Part shown: in pieces, positions 61,376-64,000 of the stretch
Position numbering within the stretch: the stretch's first letter is position 1
Layout of the letters: each line of letters starts with the position of its first letter
Origin: Orbicella franksi
Lineage: Eukaryota
Assembly (NCBI GenBank): GCA_964199315.1
Contig: OZ116698.1
Coordinates: 25,544,001 to 25,608,000, forward strand
Direction of reading: 5' to 3'
Length of the DNA: 64,000 nucleotides
The notes under the pieces: generated by a model
Databases searched by the model: none
What the model was told of the DNA's origin: nothing
Seen by the model: the letters and a program-made list of their open reading frames with translations, nothing else
Translations under genes and position numbers: made by a program

Positions 61376-62715
61376 AAAAAAAAAATGATTCAAAACTCGT
61401 GGCAATGCTCCTTTGACGTCCACGGGAATTTTATGAAGCTTTGTAATATGGCTGATAATCAAAGGCACACACTCTTTCACATTGTAAGCAAAGTGAGCTC
61501 TCCTCCTCCTTCTTATGATGACCGATGGTGAATAATTACTTTAATAATTACTCTTGTACTTTCACAGAGTTGAAATGCCGGCTTTGAAAAAGATCAAAGT
61601 CATGACCCCTTTAAAAGATCGATAGCAAGAAGTGTGAAATGGAGAAAGGGGAACTGGTTTATTTTGACATTTTTGGCTCGATTTTTAATAGTGTTTTGCA
61701 TGCGTTTCCATGATGAATGAAATGTCTGTTACAAGAACTTGGGGTCCAAATACACAAAGAGGCTTTCAACACTGGAGTGCGGTTTCATAAGAACATCTAA
61801 AAGGAATCCCGCCGTAAAAGATGTTAAGCTGTCTAATATCGGTTGTCAATTAAAATAACAAAGAAGGGTTGCTCTTGCAAAGCACTTAACCCAGTTTACA
61901 GCCTTATAATTACCAAGGGTTATTCTTTAATCCTAGCCACGGGTTGTAAAGAGATGTTATATTTTGCTGGAGACTGCACTTTTAGTAAAAGCAGCGAGTG
62001 AAAAAACAGTCTGCAGCTGTCCGCGGTTCCAGCCACAGTTGTCAAGCTTGTTCCAGGTCAGTGCATGCTTATGTAATAGTAGCTTCTGTGCATGGGTAGG
62101 TAAATGATAATCCTTCACTTTAGTTTTAAGATAACCTTGTATTTATCAGCCATAAGTATTTAATCCGCCGAAGGTTTCAAAGCGACATAGCTTTCTGGCG
62201 GATACACAAAAACAGCAGCATGTGATACTTTAATTACTATTCCAGCATAACTCTCGTTTTAAGGTCTGCACTCGTCTAGCGGGTACCGTACTGTACAAAA
62301 ATCCCATCTTTGAATAACGTGCTAACTGTAAAACACATCTGAGACAGTGAAAGTAAAACAGAACTTAGAGAACCGACAGATGAGGCATTTTAACTTTTTG
62401 CTCTTCGTTTAATTACAAGAGTATGTAGCTATTCAAGTGAACAGACAATAACTTCGCTCTATTGTGAACGAAGGTAAACCTTTTACTACTGTATTTTAAT
62501 ATACCTAGTCAACTGTAAAAGCCAGTGATTTCAAACAGAATTATATGTTAGAGGACACTTGGTAACATTCCCTACATCTTTTACTTTAGTATAAAGATCT
62601 CTTGACAAAAGACGAAAATGAAAGATTTCATTAATCGCCAGTCCGGTAATTTGATAATCTGCACGTATATATGCTGCCAATTTTTGAAGAAGACAACTAA
62701 ATTACGATATTTTAG

Positions 62716-62927
62716 AGAGGAAGCCACATCAGCCTTACAAGTTAGCTGTAGTTTTCATGCGGGTCCTCCATCCCGGTTGAACTGGAATTTGGAGTGTTGG
62801 TTTTTGTGGAGGAAGGAAAACCGAACAGCCCGGAGAAAAACCCTCGGAGAAAGGCGAGAGAAAATAACAAACTCAACCCACTTATGGCACCGGGCCGGAA
62901 CCGAGCCCGGGCCATCACCATCCCTGC
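62716..62927 (-). mobile_element. SINE (tRNA-derived head internally deleted)
   Basis: Body GGAAAACCG...CCCGGAGAAAAACCCTCGGAG...AACAAACTCAACCCAC, followed by the head remnant GAACCGAGCCCGGGCC..CATCCCTGC. It resembles an abundant cnidarian SINE (from recall). Confidence 0.65.
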
Positions 62928-63099
62928 CATCCCTTCTTCCCAAATCAGTTTTGGCAAATTGTCGATCGCCCATCTACCTAGACCATAGACCTTACTGACG
63001 TAGTCTGGCCCACAAGATGTCGTATGAAAGAACTGCGATGATTTCAATCGTCTATTTGTACAATATAACAGTCAGACGATGAAGGTGTGGCGTCGAATA

Positions 63100-63872
63100 C
63101 TCTACGTCCATGCCATTATTCTTCCTTTTCTCTCCTACGGCTGTATAGTTTGGGGCAACACTTATGTTCATAATACTAAACCACTTCAAATAATACAAAG
63201 GAAAGCAATCCGTTTAATTACTTTCTCAAATTTTTGTGCACATACAAGTCCTTTGTTTGCTAAGCTTAACCTTCTTAAACTTCAAGATTATATTAAGCTT
63301 CAAACTCTCTTTTTTTATGCACCAGTTTAATACTGGCAAACTACCAAAGATCTTTGATTCGTTTTTTGTCAAAACATCTTGTAAACATAATGTAAACACT
63401 CGCTTTGCATCTAGATCTACTTTCTATCTTCCAAAAATTCGAACAAATTATGGCAAATTTAATTTCCGATTTAATGGACCTAAATTATGGAATGAACTGG
63501 ATGAAAGATTCAAGTGTTGTCCTTCTAATCAATTTAAAAAAGAATTAACTTCGCATTTCATTAGTCTCTATTAATCTTTACTGCTATTTTGATGGTATAT
63601 ATCTATTTATTTTGTTTTGCTTTGTATATTTACTCTTGCACCAAGTTTATGATATTTATGTGTACCAATGTATTTGTTGTGCCTCTTTCCTGACTCTCAC
63701 ATTTTTAATTATTATAATTACGGTCGCCCAACTAGTGTAGCTTTTTAGTTATTTTGGGTGTCCCACTACTGTATGTACTGTACTGTTTATTTATTTATTT
63801 ATAATTATAATCTTGTAAATTCTTTTAGTTGTTTACAGTAGTAGAAATAAACTGTTGTTGTTGTTGTTGTTT
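63100..63872 (+). mobile_element. 5'-truncated L2/CR1-group LINE 3' end with (TTG)n tail
   Basis: IILPFLSYGCIVWGNTY...LQIIQRKAIRLITF...HTSPLF..LNLL, then after a frameshift RTNYGKFNFRFNGPKLWN. This is the typical ORF2 C terminus; a T-rich 3' UTR, AATAAA and (TTG)n at 63853-63872 follow. Confidence 0.88.
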
Positions 63873-64000
63873 GTCCAAAAAACACTTCTTAACCGTGACA
63901 TGTTCTTTTGCTCCGAGAATTGAATCTCATGTCAGTTCTATATCAATGTGCTTCCAGTCCAATCGGTGGATTTAACTGACCCTAGTGTGTGACCATTCAA

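Noticed and set aside
62618-63047. Overlapping ORFs of 64-126 aa
   Set aside because: They are chance frames across a GC-richer SINE.

Overview
AT-rich, repeat-dense eukaryotic genomic DNA with one 128-N gap (31203-31330). The repeat families resemble those I recall from anthozoan (stony coral) genomes; this is an inference and was not database-checked. The left half (about 4.6-30.5 kb) is a head-to-tail tandem array of 17 intronless tRNA-Leu genes on the + strand. Eight are identical to the CAG consensus, seven carry point variants, one has switched to anticodon TAG and one has lost its anticodon arm. The spacers are 0.45-1.9 kb and are built largely from fossil DNA-transposon pieces. The array is interrupted at about 25.9-29.8 kb by foreign DNA: a hairpin mini-element, a tRNA-derived SINE and a decayed Penelope-like RT element with no visible GIY-YIG endonuclease. 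A 159-bp direct repeat brackets that RT element together with the last tRNA doublet. The right half holds a phase-consistent three-exon orphan gene on the - strand (237 aa), a young endonuclease-only Penelope fragment with perfect 139-bp inverted ends, other hairpin insertions (one with a TSD), MITEs, SINEs, a 1.7-kb tandem duplication and a 5'-truncated L2/CR1-type LINE. Most ORF-track entries are spurious frames in repeats. All alignments were done by eye, so boundaries of degenerate repeats are approximate.
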